Source: Lama glama (taxonomy: Eukaryota). Taken from it: a DNA stretch of 64,000 bases. The stretch covers positions 45,510,001 to 45,574,000 of the forward strand of contig CM052817.1 of the NCBI GenBank assembly GCA_028534125.1, in the 5' to 3' direction. The translations under genes and the position numbers were made by a program. Numbering within the stretch: position 1 is the first letter of the stretch; every line of letters begins with the position of its first letter. Under the pieces are notes generated by a model that ran no database searches, was not told where the DNA came from, and saw only the letters and a list, made by a program, of their open reading frames with translations. This document shows positions 1 through 13,686 of this stretch, piece after piece.

Positions 1-225
1 TAATGCAACACAGCAGGGAGAAGGGAGTAGGACCTATTGAGCAAAGTAGACTTTTGGGCAGATTTGAGTGATGACAGATGTTTTTGCCTTCCTCATAGAT
101 TCATTTGTTCCTTCCTTCACTCTTTAGTTTATTTAACAAGATGTGTTCATTAACTTTTGTGCCAGGCACTATGCTAGGTTTTAGTTCTCTATATGTTAGT
201 GTAAGAGCAAGTTTGTTTTTAAAAA

Positions 226-496
226 TTTTTATTATTATATTTTAATTGAAGTATAGTGGCTGTACAATATTATAAGTTAAATGTGTACAATATGGTGACT
301 CAAAATTTTTAAAGGTTATATTCCATTGATAGTTATAAAATACTGGCTATTCTCCCCGTGTTGTACAATATGTCCTTATAGCTTATTTTATACCTAATGG
401 TTTGTACCTCTTACTCCCCTACCTCTATATTTCCTCTCCCCTCTTCTGTCTCCCTAATGGTAATCACTTGCTTTGTTCTCTGTAACTCTGAGTCTG
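226..496 (-). mobile_element. L1 3' end fragment, cetartiodactyl-type, 5'-truncated
   Basis: T-rich tail followed by 'ttaattgaagtatagtggctgtacaatatt...ggtaatcacttgctttgttctctgtaactctgagtctg', the reverse complement of an L1 3'UTR; flanked by L2-like sequence. Confidence 0.8.
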
Positions 497-927
497 TAAG
501 ACCAGATTGCTTGACCTCATAGCACTGATAGATTGGGGTGCGTGTGTGCATTCATGCACGTGATTAGAGAAACAGATATTAAAAAAAATATATGTATAGA
601 ATGTGATATAGCATGAACAAGTCATACAGTGTTATTTGGGTGCCCACAGCTTGGGAAACCAACCTCCCCCAGGGGTCCAGGAAAGCTTCCTGGAGCACAT
701 AATTTTTAAGCTGTGTTGAGACAGCACAGCAGGGTGGGCAAGCGCAGGCAGGGAGAGTATTCTAAACCCATAGTAGCTCGTGCATGTGTTGGGGTGGGGG
801 CATGGTTCTTCAAGGCGAGGTCATCCAGGCATTGCAGTTTTTAATAAGGGAAGTGATGTTCAGGTATTGTTTACTACCTCTGTGGATGGACTGAGCGAGG
901 GAACAATGTGAGAGAGCCTTAGTTTGG

Positions 928-1419
928 TGTAGGAAGCACTCTGGTGCCCCCATCGAAGCCCCTCAGACCCCACTGCTTTTAGCCTCGGTGTGGACGCCGG
1001 CTCCACAGAGTGCACACCACTGCGGGCTGCTGGAATCCTGCCTCGAGCTCTCAACTGGGTCTCTCCTCATCCCGCCCAGGCCCTTCTGCAGCTGCAGCAG
1101 GAGCTTGCTAGAGTAAGTGCTCCTGGGGCCAATTTCCAGTCAATGGTGACCAGAATGATGGATGAAAGTGTTGTGCCACCTTTCAGGTGGGCGCTTCTGG
1201 GAGGAATTCTGAACTCTTTTCGGGGATTCAGCTGGGGTGGAATTGAGCCCCAGTTGCTCACAGCAGTGACCTTGATAATGAATCTTTGCATTGGCCTCCC
1301 TGCCTTTTCTGAGTCTCATTAATCCCTCTCTCTTGCTTCCTGGGCTCACGTATCAAATAAGCCACCTGTGCTTCAGTGCCCATCTCAGGGGTGCCCCCAG
1401 GGAAGCCCAAATTTAGAGA
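928..1419 (+). mobile_element. ERVL solo LTR, LTR16-like
   Basis: Begins 'tgtaggaagcactctggtgcccc'; contains 'ggaattgagccccagttgctcacagcagtgacc'; ends 'aaataagccacctgtgc...gggaagcccaaatttagaga', matching recalled LTR16 motifs. Confidence 0.75.
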
Positions 1420-3349
1420 GTTGTCCACCTAAAGTCAAGTGAAGCTTCCCTTAGCTTTTAATTGTGTCCTTCCTCATCAAGCGCTGCATCTTAATTGAGT
1501 TCCTCCAGCACCTGTGATGCTAATGTCTCTAAGGAACACTGTGCTGGTCCCTCCCAGTTTTGCAGGTGGGTGAAGCTAAGGCTCAGCCCACTTCAAGTAA
1601 AGCCCATGATTAAAGCTCAGGATTTCTGCTTTCAAATTAAGTACCTTCTGGACTGCACTATTTTGGGACATTGTACTTCTTCTCAGGGAAGTGACTCATT
1701 CTGTGTACCCATTCCCTGAGTTCTATCTCACCTCTTTTGTCGGAAGTCTTCTCCTCAAAGGAATAATCCAGTCCAAAGTGAAGCATTTGAAAATGCTGTC
1801 TGGTCCTCACTCATGGTGTACTGATGCACAAGAAACCACGCCGCTAGGTTTTAGGGAACTCAAAACAAGAGAATCTAGAAATCATCTTGTTTTAGAGATG
1901 ACTGCTTCCACCCCAAAGTCTGTGTCCTGAGACGCAAAGGCATTGACTGATACCACAGACTAAGATGCAGCAGTAGGGGGTGTGTGTGACACATTTAACA
2001 CACCTGGTCCAGTTTAGAGGGATGCTGTAGGTTTTAAATGGGGTCTTTCCGTTCATAATTTGCAGGAGAAAAGCAGTTATTTCCACAATGCTGAAAACAT
2101 GCTAAACTTTTTCCTGAGCTGATTGTGATTTGACTGATCTGAGGAGTCCAGCTTCTTATAAATTCTCATCAGCAGCATCACAATGAGATACTCAGGGTCT
2201 ACTCTCTCCTTTCTCAAGTCTGCCTTAAATGCCTGATTTATACTGAAGGAAAAGAAAATCCACTGACCTAACTAGTATATCAGAGAGAAGAATGAAATAG
2301 AACTTTTGGCTCTCAGGGCCATTCCAGCTTGTCATTTTGTGAAATTAGAGACAGATGGGTGCTGTCTGTGTGTTGTGGGAAATTCTGTCCTACATTCTAG
2401 CCAATGCTGGGGGTTCTGAAAGAGGACAGAGAGGGGAAAGAGAAAGCAATTTGGACAAGACAGAATATATGCTAATTCCGTGACAAAAATAGCATTAAAT
2501 CTGCAAACATTAATTCTTGGCAAGTCTCATTCTTAGCCTGTGTTCTTTCCCTTTTCCAGCTTTCACAGTAGGAAATGAATTTAAACTGGTTGCTAATGGA
2601 ATAGGATTCAGAGGTCATCTGGCTTGTCTCTCACTGCAGAGTATCAGTTTATGATGAGATCTAGGAGGTAGAAAGGACCACTGGTGGTCAAATAATCAAC
2701 CTAGATTTCAGGCAGATCCTAACTAATTTTGAGCTGATGCGACTGTTGCTCCAAAGACTCAAGCAGGTGGCAGTATGTGGGAAATGGGCTGTTGGTGGAA
2801 AGAGAGGGGGTTTGGAGGAGAATGGGGTCCACACTCCAGGAGTTCCATAACACAGTGGATCTCTCTACAAATAATCCTCTCTCTTCTTACAGGCTTCCTG
2901 AGGTTTCTGGAATCACATTCTGGGGCTGAGGTTAAAGGCATCAGGTGGATCACTATGTTGGAGTGAGGAAAGATAAAGATAGTAGGATGTTGCAGGGGTG
3001 TTTTAGGATGTTGTGGGCTCAAGGAGCTGGGTTTAGATGGAGACACATAAAAAGGACCCAAGTAAGATGCTGAGGATTCAGGAGCCTTGAGGTCACCAAG
3101 GCAGGGTCTGGGATGGCCCTGGCATGGTCCCTGCGAGGTACTGGGCAGTTAGAGATCTGATTTACAGAGCAAGGAAAGGGGGTAAAAACAAATCAAGCTT
3201 TGAGGAGCCTCTGTGAATACTGACTGAAAGAGAGCAAAGGGAAGCCTTCACAGAAAAAGATAGTCAGTATAAAGTCAAATTACAAAGGGAATGAGTCAAT
3301 TTCCATGGAAGGGAAGTGGCAAACCGCTTTGTTCTTGGTCCAATGTCTT

Positions 3350-3450
3350 TTGAGCCTCAGTTCCTTATTTGTGAAACAGACATAAAAATTCTTCCTACAC
3401 CCCATATTGGGAAAGAAAATCAAATGAGATCATGTCATAAATAACCCGAA
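3350..3450 (+). mobile_element. MIR SINE fragment
   Basis: MIR core 'gagcctcagttccttatttgtgaaa...aaatgagatcatgt'. Confidence 0.6.
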
Positions 3451-4411
3451 AAGATGGTTGTATGACGTTCGGTGGTGTTCTATCACGGGACTAACCGGCA
3501 GTAGGGAAGGGAGGCCTTCCTGTGGTGAACCACACACTTTATTGGCTGGAGATGGACTCCCCACCCCAGAGAAGATCCTTAAGGGGGCTTCTCAGTTACC
3601 CTGTAGTTTTGAACATAGACTTCTTTTTAAAATTGAAATTTTTGCTAATTCGTATTTACTTTTCTTTATAAATATCCTACTATAAAGTTTAAAATAATAA
3701 TTTTCCAAGGATAGGAACTTTCAGAAAGGGATTAAAAATAATTGGCCCTTTTCCCAGGAAAGTACCTGGATGGAGGAGTTGCTACTTCATCATCACTGAT
3801 GCTTAGATGGGGCAAAACTAGGCAAGTAGCCTTCTTTGCAGAATTCTGTCGAACTGCCCTGAGCACGGTGTGCAATGTGCAGGCCAGTGGGGAACAATCT
3901 GGGGTAGGCAGGATTTGGTTGGGTCCAGCACACCAACCCTACAGGAAGAAAATAAGATGGAAGACGAGTGAATTCTTAGGAATTGTTGTGAAACTCCTGT
4001 TTCCCTCCTAGGCTACTTGTGAAAAGGCTGACTGCTAGCGGGGAACCACTGCAATAAATCACACAGCCTTGAATGATTTGGTAGTTGTTTGAAAAAGACT
4101 GCTTAGATTGAAAAGAGGTCTGCCTTAGTGGGCTGATCGGAAACAATAGCGGCGTGTCATTCTTTCATGATGTCTCCCCTGAAATATTTCCCTCTCTTTA
4201 ATTGAAGGATTCTCAGTAGAAAGCAGTAAAGCTAAAGGGTTTGGTTTTGATCTATAATTCAAGTGCAAAAGGAACCCTAACGACACCTGAGGAGCATGTA
4301 AGTAGCTGTGTTGTGTTTGCTGTTCCCAACTTCATCTACTCTCTGTAAAATGAGAGGCTTTCTGGAACTTGATCATTAGGAATCAAGAAGCTTCAAAGAC
4401 ATCAGAGCTCT

Positions 4412-5286
4412 TATTACAGACATGTTTTATATTCACAAAACTTCTGATACCAAATGTATGAATTTTCCACATCACGCAATGCTCCAGTTCTCTGTGGACA
4501 CCAACTGGGTATCCAAAAATTTACTTCTGACACTAACTACCTGGAGTTAGCAAGACCCCAGAAGTTAAGGGCTCAGTTGCACAAGACTGCTCCCCCCTTT
4601 AGACTCCTATCACAACTAGTGGGTCCCCAGGCAACCCAGACTTCCGTCCAACTTGGCTAAAAATTGGGTGTTTCCATGATCATCTCCTCACATTTGATAA
4701 TTTGCTGTAATGGCTCACAGAACTCAGGGAGAGACTTTACTTACTGTTACTGGTTTACTAGAAAGGATACTATATAGACACAGATGAATAGCCAGATGAG
4801 GTCCACAGAGAGAGGTCCAGAAGGCTGCTGGGACAGGAGCCTCTGTCCCCGTGGAGTTTGGGTTGGAATACCTTCCCAGCACATGGACGTGCTCACCAAG
4901 CTGAAAGCTCTCTGAACCCTGTTGTTTAGGGGATTTCTGGAGGTTTCATTATGTAGGCAGAAATAGTTAAACCACTGGCCACTGGTGAATGACTCCATCT
5001 CCAGCCCCTCACCTCTCCCTTTAGGTTGGGGAGTTGGGTTTAAAGTCCCAACCCTCTAACCCCATGGTTGGTTCCTCTGGCAACCAGCCCCCATCCTGAA
5101 GCTACGCAGGAGTCCACCAAAAATCACCTCATTAACATAAACTCAAGCCTGGTTGGAAGGAGCTTATTGTAAATAACAACAGACACTCCTCTTATCCCTC
5201 AGGAAACGACAAAGGTCTTAGGAGCTCTGTGTCAAGAATCAGGGATGAAGATCACACACATACATATTTCTTATTATAATATCACA
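4412..5286 (-). mobile_element. MER21-like solo LTR
   Basis: Minus strand starts 'tgtgatattataataagaaat'; internal 'ctgacactaactacctggagttag' and 'aagggctcagttgcacaagactgc'; 5-bp TSD gctct (4407-4411) / gctcc (5287-5291). Confidence 0.85.
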
Positions 5287-5875
5287 GCTCCTTACCTAAA
5301 AAATTAATTTTTTAGTATATAATTATTAGTAAATATATTAAACATCTATGCTAAAGTTTAACGTATTTTTTAAAAGGTAACTTACCACTAGCCATGGATA
5401 TCTTATTAAGAATTATTTAGTTATATTGACTTGGAAGGACAAAACCCCTAAAATTTTGATGAGGCAGAATCATGAGGAAAGGTTTTGAACTTAGCAGGAG
5501 CTTCACTGGATCTCCTGCTAAGTGAATTGGTGGAGAGACTTCTTTAATCACCAGTTGATCAATATGCTCGTCATGGGGTGGGTGACAGGCTGTGGGTGGG
5601 AGAGTAAGATGTGTGGGTATTAAGACAAATATGATATGGTTTCTGATTTTAACAAGCTTGCCACCCAGTAGGAGACCTAGACATATAAAACTATAATTAA
5701 CAATTTAATTTCATTTTAAGCAGATAATTTCAATATAATGCGATACAGTAGGGAAATACATAGGCACCAGGTGCTATGGGAAGTAAAGGGAAGTGGCTCA
5801 ACCCAGTCTGTTAGTTGGATGAATCATCAAAGGCTTTCTATACAGAGGAGCCTGACCTGAGATTTTGCTTGTTTC

Positions 5876-6500
5876 CTTTTTTTAAAACCAGGTTTATTGA
5901 GGTAGAATTTACACACAGTAAAAATTATCCATTTTTAAGTGTACAATTTTATGAATTTTAACAAATGCACATAGTTATATAGCCATAACCCCAATCAAGA
6001 TATAGAATATTTCCATCCCCCTAAAATGTTCCCTTAAGCCCTCTTCTGGTCAACTCTTTTCCTCCATATTCAGCCCCTGGCAGTTCCTGATCCAATTTCT
6101 TTCCCTATAGTTTTGCCTTTTCCAGAATGTCCTATAAAGGGAATTATAGAGTATGTAGCGTTTCATGTCTAGTCTCTTTTATTCACCATAAATGCTCTTG
6201 AGATTTATCCACCTTGTTGCATGTGTCAGTAGTCTGTTCCTTTTTATTGCTGAGTAATGTTCCATTGTATGCCTGTACCGTAGTTTGTTTATTCATCTGT
6301 TGAAGGGCATTTGGATTGTTTTTGGGTTTTAACCAAAATAAGTAAAGCTGCTAAAAATATTTGTGTCCAGGTCTTTGTGTGGATATACACCTTCATTTCT
6401 CTTGGACAGATAATTCGGAGTGAGATTTCAGGGTCACATATGAAGTATATGTTTATAAGAAACCCCTTGTTTCCACCAGCAATGTATCAGAGCCCCAGTG
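5876..6500 (-). mobile_element. Old L1M (L1MB/MC-like) 3' fragment inserted in L2
   Basis: 'tttattgaggtagaatttacacacagtaaaa...tttttattgctgagtaatgttccattgtatg' is L1M 3' sequence; L2-like sequence on both sides. Confidence 0.8.
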
Positions 6501-7789
6501 TATAATAAGAGCTTATCTTTATTGTGGCGCAAAAAGGAGAAGTAGGGAAGATGTCTTTGCTCTCGTGTCATTTAGGCTGAGACCTGAAAAAGACAGGAGC
6601 TATTCAGGTAAACAGGATGGAAGAGAGCATTCCTGGCAGACAGTTACGCATGTGCAAAAGTCAGCAAAGAGGCTTTAAGAAAGAAGAATGCAAAATATCC
6701 TTTGTATGTGACATGATGAAGATTATAAATTATGCTTCTGAGAGCAGTTTCAGTGAGGTGCTATGGGTGGAAGCAAATGTGCTGTTAAAAGTGAATAGGA
6801 TGTGAGGCCGTGGAGGGAAGTGTTTAGAGCATCCTAAAAAATGTTATCTATGAGAGAGAGGGTGGGAGCTAGAGGTGATCCACAGGGTCTAGGAAGGTTG
6901 TTAAGGGTGGCAGAGACTGGAGCAGAATGATGGGCTAGAGAGGAAGAGGCTACAGATGCAAACAAGGGAGATGGCAAAGAAGGGGCTTGGCTTAGAGGAG
7001 ACTGGAGGAAATTAAATCAGTGCAGCCTTTGACCTGATTGTCTGACATCACCTTTTTGGTGGTGTTGGGTAGGGAGACAGGTGTGGAGACAGCAGGAGGC
7101 TGAGGTAGTCACGCGTGATCTACCTCCTACTTTATCACGAAAACTGAAGGAGATGCAATAGAAAAGAAAGTGGGTTCCAGACAGAGAATTGAGGAATTCT
7201 AAGCTTCCCCTAAGAAGGCAAATTCATAGAACTATACAATAGGTTTACATTAAAAATTAGTATATATTTTAGGTAAATATCATATAGATACAATAAAGTA
7301 TATAAAAATCCTCACAATCTTAAACCACGTTATTGTGTTTTGTTGGATTTTCTTCCAATCACTTGCTTATCCATACATTTTCCATGTCGCTGAGGTGATA
7401 CAGTTTGGGGGGCTATATGTACACACCTCATTTGGGATGCTACTTTCTTCAGTTACAGTGTTCCTTGTTCCTTTACGCACACTAGAATAGAGCTTCATGA
7501 AGCCAGTGACCACTTGTCTTATTGACTGATTATAGTCTCAAGTTAAGACTGTGACTTGCATGTTAAATGGTTCATGTATATTTATTAAATTAGTATGTTT
7601 TTGTTAATATTCTAGAGTGAGCATTTCTCCCATGTTATTGATACTATTTAAAGGCATTTTAGTGACATCATAGTGTTTCTTGACATATATATACTGTCAT
7701 TTATTTAATAATTCCTTGTCTGTTAGGGGCATAATTACCCTTTGACAGTTGCTCTAATAATGTTAGTTATAGTGGTGATGGCTATTGTT

Positions 7790-8010
7790 TATTGAATGTT
7801 TGCTGGTATAAATGTTCACTTCTCTGCTTTATACACATTTCATTTCCCAATATCCCAAGATACCAATTAGTTAAGTATTATTATTATTCCCATTTTACAG
7901 CTGAGGAAAATGAAGCTAAGAGAGGTTTAGTAACTTGCCTAAAATCCTAAAGACCATGAGTGATATTTTGGACCCGACCCAGGGTCTGCTGATCCTGAGC
8001 CTGTGCTTCC
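7790..8010 (-). mobile_element. MIR SINE
   Basis: 'cccattttacagctgaggaaaatgaagctaagagaggtttagtaacttgcc' is the reverse MIR core. Confidence 0.75.
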
Positions 8011-8254
8011 TGAGTCTTCTTTGTGGCCTCCAGGCAGAGGCCAGCTCCTCTCATTCAATCACTAAACGTCTACCAAGGACCTAGAGTGTGTGAAGCAACG
8101 TGTGGGCGCAAGAGAGCTGAAGACAGAAGACACATGTGACAGTCCTAGACAACCTTCTGGCTATAGAAGGACAAAGATGTAAGGCGGGTACCAGAAACAG
8201 AGAAAACAAACATTTAACTCCTGCTCCCCAGGGGGTTCAAAAGTCTGATTTGAT

Positions 8255-9520
8255 TAATTCTGAGTAGTTTACTGGCCAGCATTTATGTGGCAGGCACTGT
8301 GCCAGGCACTGGGGACATGGTGACTGAGATAGCCTGGTGCCCTGAACTCATGAAACCTGCAGACAAGGGGAGAAGAGGGCCTCAAATCAACAAATCCAAG
8401 TGCAAAGAATGTTAGAGAAGGGCACGCTCAAGGGACTAGGAGAGTGTGCAGCCAAAACCATAAGCCTCATCTCGGGACTTGAGGAGGGTCTCTCAGAAGC
8501 AATGTTATTTCAGTTGAGATTTGAAGATAAGTAGGCATTCATCCAATGGAAAAGGAGAGGAGGCAAAGTGTTGGGAGCCAATTGAGGGGAGGCTAGAGCC
8601 AAAGAGGAGAAGGGGCAGATAGATTGAGGGACAGAAAGCAAATGTGGCTGGAGCAGAGAGAAGTGGGTGGGCAGGGCGGAGGGAGTGGAAGGAAGGAGAG
8701 CATGGGAGTAAGAGTGGCCAGGTGGTGCCCAGCCTGGAAAGCCATGCTTGAGTTTTCCCCTTCATCCTCAGAGATGATGGGAATCTGTAGGGGTAGGATG
8801 TGTTCAGATTTGAGAGAAAGTGGAGAGCTGATTGGATGGGGCAGGTTAGGGGCTGGGGCAGTAGCTCATGGGAGGTGCGCTGCAGTGAAGAGGGAAGTTC
8901 GGGTGGGCTGAGGTAGGATATGGGCTAGACTGGATTGAGTGATTGCCTAGAGAAAAGAATATGGGGAGAGAGGGGTTCATCTCTGAGCAACTGTGTGGAT
9001 CTGGGGTCATTTACTAAGATGGGGAAGAAGAGAGGATTTGAGGGGGGATGATTAGGAATTCAGTTCTGGGTGCTTTAAATTTGAATTGCCAAAAAAACAT
9101 GAAAGTGGAGGGTCTAGGAGGCTGTTGGATATATAGGTTCTAGACAAAGATATTTGGGCAAAGAAAAATACTCAAGAGTTATTGGTGTATTGATAGTAAT
9201 TGAATCTCTAAAGTAGGGTAAGTCTGCTTAGAGAAACAGTGTTGAATGAACAGAGTACAGGGTTTAGGAGAGAGAAGGGCCAGCAGTTTAAGAGGCTGGA
9301 GGAGTAGAAACAGCAAAAGAGACTGAAATGAAAACAGATACGGAGGAGATGTTTTAGAACCCAGCTGATGAGAGATTTTTTTCTCGTAGAAGGGACTAAT
9401 CAAATGTGATATCCTCCTGAAAGGTCAGAAAAAATAATGGTTGAAAGTTGCCCGTTGGATTATACAGTTTAAAGGTCAATGGTGACCTTGGCAGCAGGAG
9501 TGTTGGTTGCTGGGAAGGCA
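8255..9520 (-). mobile_element. L2 LINE 3' region
   Basis: 'atgtggcaggcactgtgccaggcactgggg' L2 terminus followed by purine-rich L2 body ('gttgagatttgaagataagtaggc', 'ggtcaatggtgaccttgg'). Confidence 0.75.
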
Positions 9521-10298
9521 GAAGCGGTCTGGGTGGGTGGGGTCCTGGAGCTGCACCCCGTGAGCGAGGGGAGATGGGTGGTTAACGGATGTGGGTGGGC
9601 ATGAGTTGTAGCAGCTGCGGTCCTGGAGGAGGGCTGTCATGAATTTTCCTGTTGGCCATTATAATTTTATGGGGGTAATTTGTTTTGCATTGTGACTTTT
9701 TAAGAGCTGGCACTTAAAGAAAAATGAGAGGCTTTCCAGGGACAGCTTCTTTGACAGCTCAGCACCACCATGCACACCCTGAGAAACTTAAAGCTTAAAG
9801 AGGATGGGAAAAACTTACGGGCAATTTATTAGTTGTGTTTCAAGCTGTGCACAGTGCAACAGACTAACGGTATATTAATGCCTTCCTGGGAGGCTGCCAT
9901 TCACCTAGCAGTAGAAATCTGAGGATGAAAATGGTCTGTGAAGTGAGAAACTCACTCAGGATATACAGCGGAGCTTTTGGAAGAAATGATCCTCACACTC
10001 ATAACAAGCTTCTGGTTTTTTATTGAGAATCATTCTTCAGAGAGGCCAGCTTACTCTTAAAAAAATTGCTGGGAGCAGTGCTTTGGGGCTGTGCATCAGA
10101 GTCACTGTAACCCTGTCTTGTCTCAACAAATGGGGATTGTTGACCTGGGAGGGGGTATGTATAGAGTTGCTTCTTGAATTAGAACTGAGAATCTCAGATT
10201 AAGGTTTTCTTGACTTTGGCATGCACCATGATTTTTTCCCCTTGCATATTGATTTTTCTTTTTCTTTTTTAAAATTTTGATCATGTCCAATTCATCAC

Positions 10299-10429
10299 TT
10301 TTTTTTTGCAGGGGGTAGGTAATTAAGTTTATTTATTTATTTGATTTTTCATTGGAGGTACTGGGGATTGAACCCAGGACCTCAGGCATGCTAGGCATGC
10401 ACTCTACCACTTGAGCTATACCCTCCCCC
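10299..10429 (-). mobile_element. tRNA-derived SINE, camelid Vic-1-type
   Basis: Minus strand reads GGGGGAGGGTATAGCTCAAGTGGTAGAGTGCATGCCTAGCATGCCTGAGGTCCTGGGTTCAATCCCCAGTACCTCC, with A box, B box (GGTTCAATCCC), (AAAT)n and an A tail. Confidence 0.85.
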
Positions 10430-13400
10430 TTATTTTTCTGATTATATTTCCTTCAGGTTAATATTGAAATGAACTTGTCTTGTCTAAACACACCTATTTG
10501 GACTGAGACAAAGGCAGCCCAGGAGCTCCCTGGGTGATCAGGGGAAGCCAAATTGGTCGAAGTTTTGGTTTGGCTGTAGAGATGCCACATGTGGACAATC
10601 CACAGGCAGGTGATCTAAACTTGACCAGCAATGGGTGGGGCAATCCAACAGAGACCACAGAGGGTATAGGCGAGGTGACATAGTTCTCAGGAACCAGGAA
10701 CTGAGCTGATAGCTAGAGTACAAGGGTATGTCCAGATTCCAGTCCAACCAAGTCAATCATTTGGAGTGTCTTACTGTTAATGAAGATGACAGGGGATTAG
10801 TTTAATTTCTAAATTCCTACACAAGTTCTGTAGGCTCATTCATTGCCATGGGCTGCAAGTGGTTGCTTTAACTATAGGTCTTCATATTATTTTAGCATCT
10901 GGGAAGATGAATTAATTCAAGATCCACCAGATAGGGAAAACAGAGGAGTTGGGGTTGGCTAGGAAATTGATTGGGGGTAGGGGAGACTGAGCCTGAGGGC
11001 CCTGATTATTAGCAGTCTTAGCTGTGAAGACAAGGACCAACTTCCTAAAGTCTCTCAAATACTGTTTAGCTATGGAGTTGAGAGACAGGAGTGAACTGGA
11101 TGCATTTTCTTAAATGTGAGTGGTCACTCCTGAGTCTCTTAAGTGAAAAACTCCTATCTTTATTCTAAAATACTATCTTCTTAAATAATTTTTTATGATT
11201 ATCTTTTTTAGAATTCTCTTGAGCCCGGATATTCTGCTGTGCTCAGAGGAACCTCCATGATGAAATTAGTTTCAGAACACAAAGTTGAAAATGAATCCTA
11301 GATTTAAACTGGGAATATGTTTAGCAGCCTAAGCTATAATATGATACTTCACCTCACTTTTAACATTTTTCCTTCATAATCTCTCCTTTAAAGCCAAACT
11401 CCTAAGAAAAGGAATTTCCATAATTTTGTCAAATGCCTTCAGATTGAAAACCTCATCAGAATCCTAATGGATGTGAAAATAACGCCAACTTTCAGGTTAA
11501 ACAGCCATCCCAAACCCTATGGTATTCACTGCTAGGAAGTAATCTGATGCTGGGAACTCAATAGTTTTGGGAAACTAACAAAAATCAAATGATACCACTG
11601 CTATGTAGTTTGACTAACTTTGACATTTGACTTAAAATTGGATGACAAAGTCCATTATATATCTAGTTGCATAAAAAATGTAATCCTGAAAATTTATTCA
11701 TTAAGAAGCTTATTCAGGTACACTTCAAAATTGTGAAGAAATGGAAATTGGGATAAGCAAGAAGATGATACAAATTCTAAAATGCAAATTTTTCTTTAAA
11801 ATTTTAAAAAGCTTTTTGTGTACACACACAAGCATACATATGGATATATGGAGAGAGAGATGAGGAGCGGGGGAGGGAGATAAACTGCAGATTGGAAAGG
11901 AAATAAGACAGCCCCACAGGTAGCACAAATTTACAGGTGCACACTTAATCGCCAACTTTCTGAACTGTATTCTTTATTCTATCCAATTATTCAGGCAAAC
12001 GTTCCTTTAGTCCTCCTGGGTTCAGTGACATTAGGATGCATCTTGAGAACTGGCAGGAGACTTGCCTTGTCCCCAGTGGTCTCTGGGATAATTACTTTGG
12101 ATGATTTTCCTTAATCCTTCTCCTTGGTGATTCTGTAAGGTGCTGTATTCTGCCTCTCTGCTGACATTCTGCCTGCTCTTTGTAATTGCTTCCTGTTCTG
12201 TGCTCCTTTGTCAGAGACCCTGAAGCGGATGAGGAATAATAATTGTCACTAATCTCCTAACTTGTCCTCAGAGAAGCAATGCTATAAACAGGCCTCATCT
12301 TCAAAATACTGCATTATGTATTTCTGTTGCCAAGGAATGTACTCAGGGTTTAAATATAATACATGCCTTTCCAAATGATGGAGATTAAGGGAGAGTCTGA
12401 TGTATTCAACAAGACATTTGAAAAGCTGAATCATTCCAGGGGACAGCCAATGTTGCTCAAATAGGAAGAAATGCAGGCAAAAAGAGAGCTGTCAAAATTT
12501 TTGCTCTATTAAAAGAGTAATTTTCTACTCAAGAATTGTAGGATCTAAGAGTTGAAAGGGTACTTTTGAGAACACCTCTAAATTCACATCCAGTGCTTTA
12601 GATCCCTGTTTTCAAAGGAACAGGTATACTCCTTAGAACCAAAGGCTTAAAAAACAGACAAAATGCCATATCTAGAAAATCAGAAGTGACAATTAAAAAA
12701 AATGAAACTGAAAATCTGATTTCCTGGAAAGACTGATCAGGAGAGTTGTTCCAGATAGACTTTGCATATAATTCTTGACCAGACAGTTCCTTTTCCTATG
12801 GACAATTCAGTAGTTCTAAGTAATTGGATTTTACCCCAGAATCTGGATAACTTGAGAAAAATATAACCATTTACTCAGTCCTGATCTAGACCTACTGCTG
12901 TTTATTATCACTCATGGTAATTTTTTTCTCCTAAACTGGGCATTCTAAACCTGGTGTCTTGCTTTTATTGGCTTGAAATGTTGCTTTGTCTCCATGAACT
13001 CATTTTTAAATTTGTTTTTCAAGTTCAATGTGTTTATTTAAGAATTCAGTTGCTTCCTGAAAAATGTGAATGTAACCAGATCTCCACTATCCAGTACCAG
13101 TTAAACCTTTTGGTTAATGAGATCAGATTGTGGATTGGATTGCAGATAGTGTTTAAGAGGGACAGAGTAGGAAACATGCCTGGCCTGTCTAACCAGCTTT
13201 GCACATTCCGTCCTGCTCTTCCTCCGGCCCCCAGCCCATACCTACACATACGGATACCCACACACCATGGGGCACAGTCCTCTGCTCACAGGTTAATTTT
13301 TGCTTTACTCTGTATCAACTCCCACTGCTTTAAATTTTTTGATTTATTTATAACCTGTACTATGCCATTTAGCACCTCAAGGAAGAAAATGCTGTTCATG

Positions 13401-13474
13401 GCCGCTGGCTTACTGGAATCTCATCTCATGACATGAGATACGATGTATGCACTGATCATAAAGGAAAGGGTAAA

Positions 13475-13686
13475 CAGAGTTTTTCAACCTCAGCGCTATT
13501 GACATTTTGGGCTGGATAATTCTTTGTTGTAGGGGATCACCTGTGCACTGGAGGATGTTGCTAAACATCCCAGAACCCTATCCACCAGATGCTAGTAATA
13601 AATTCCAGTCATGCCAACAAAAACGTCTCCAGATATTGCCAGATATTCCCTGGAGGGCAAAATCAAATTCTTGTTGAAAAACATTG
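13475..13686 (-). mobile_element. MER20 (hAT-Charlie MITE)
   Basis: 'cagagtttttcaacctcagcgctattgacattttgggctggataattctttgttgt...tctccagatattgccagatattccctggagggcaaaatc...gttgaaaaacattg' matches reverse MER20, with degenerate terminal inverted repeats. Confidence 0.85.

Noticed and set aside
10355..10429. tRNA-like sequence
   Set aside because: It is the SINE head, followed by an (AAAT)n/A tail; no proper acceptor stem or cloverleaf
10500..11150. Possible old LTR and CR1/L3-like remnants
   Set aside because: Similarity too weak to assign by eye
12954..13436. 160-aa plus-strand ORF
   Set aside because: Non-ATG start, no recognisable domain, composition typical of a chance ORF
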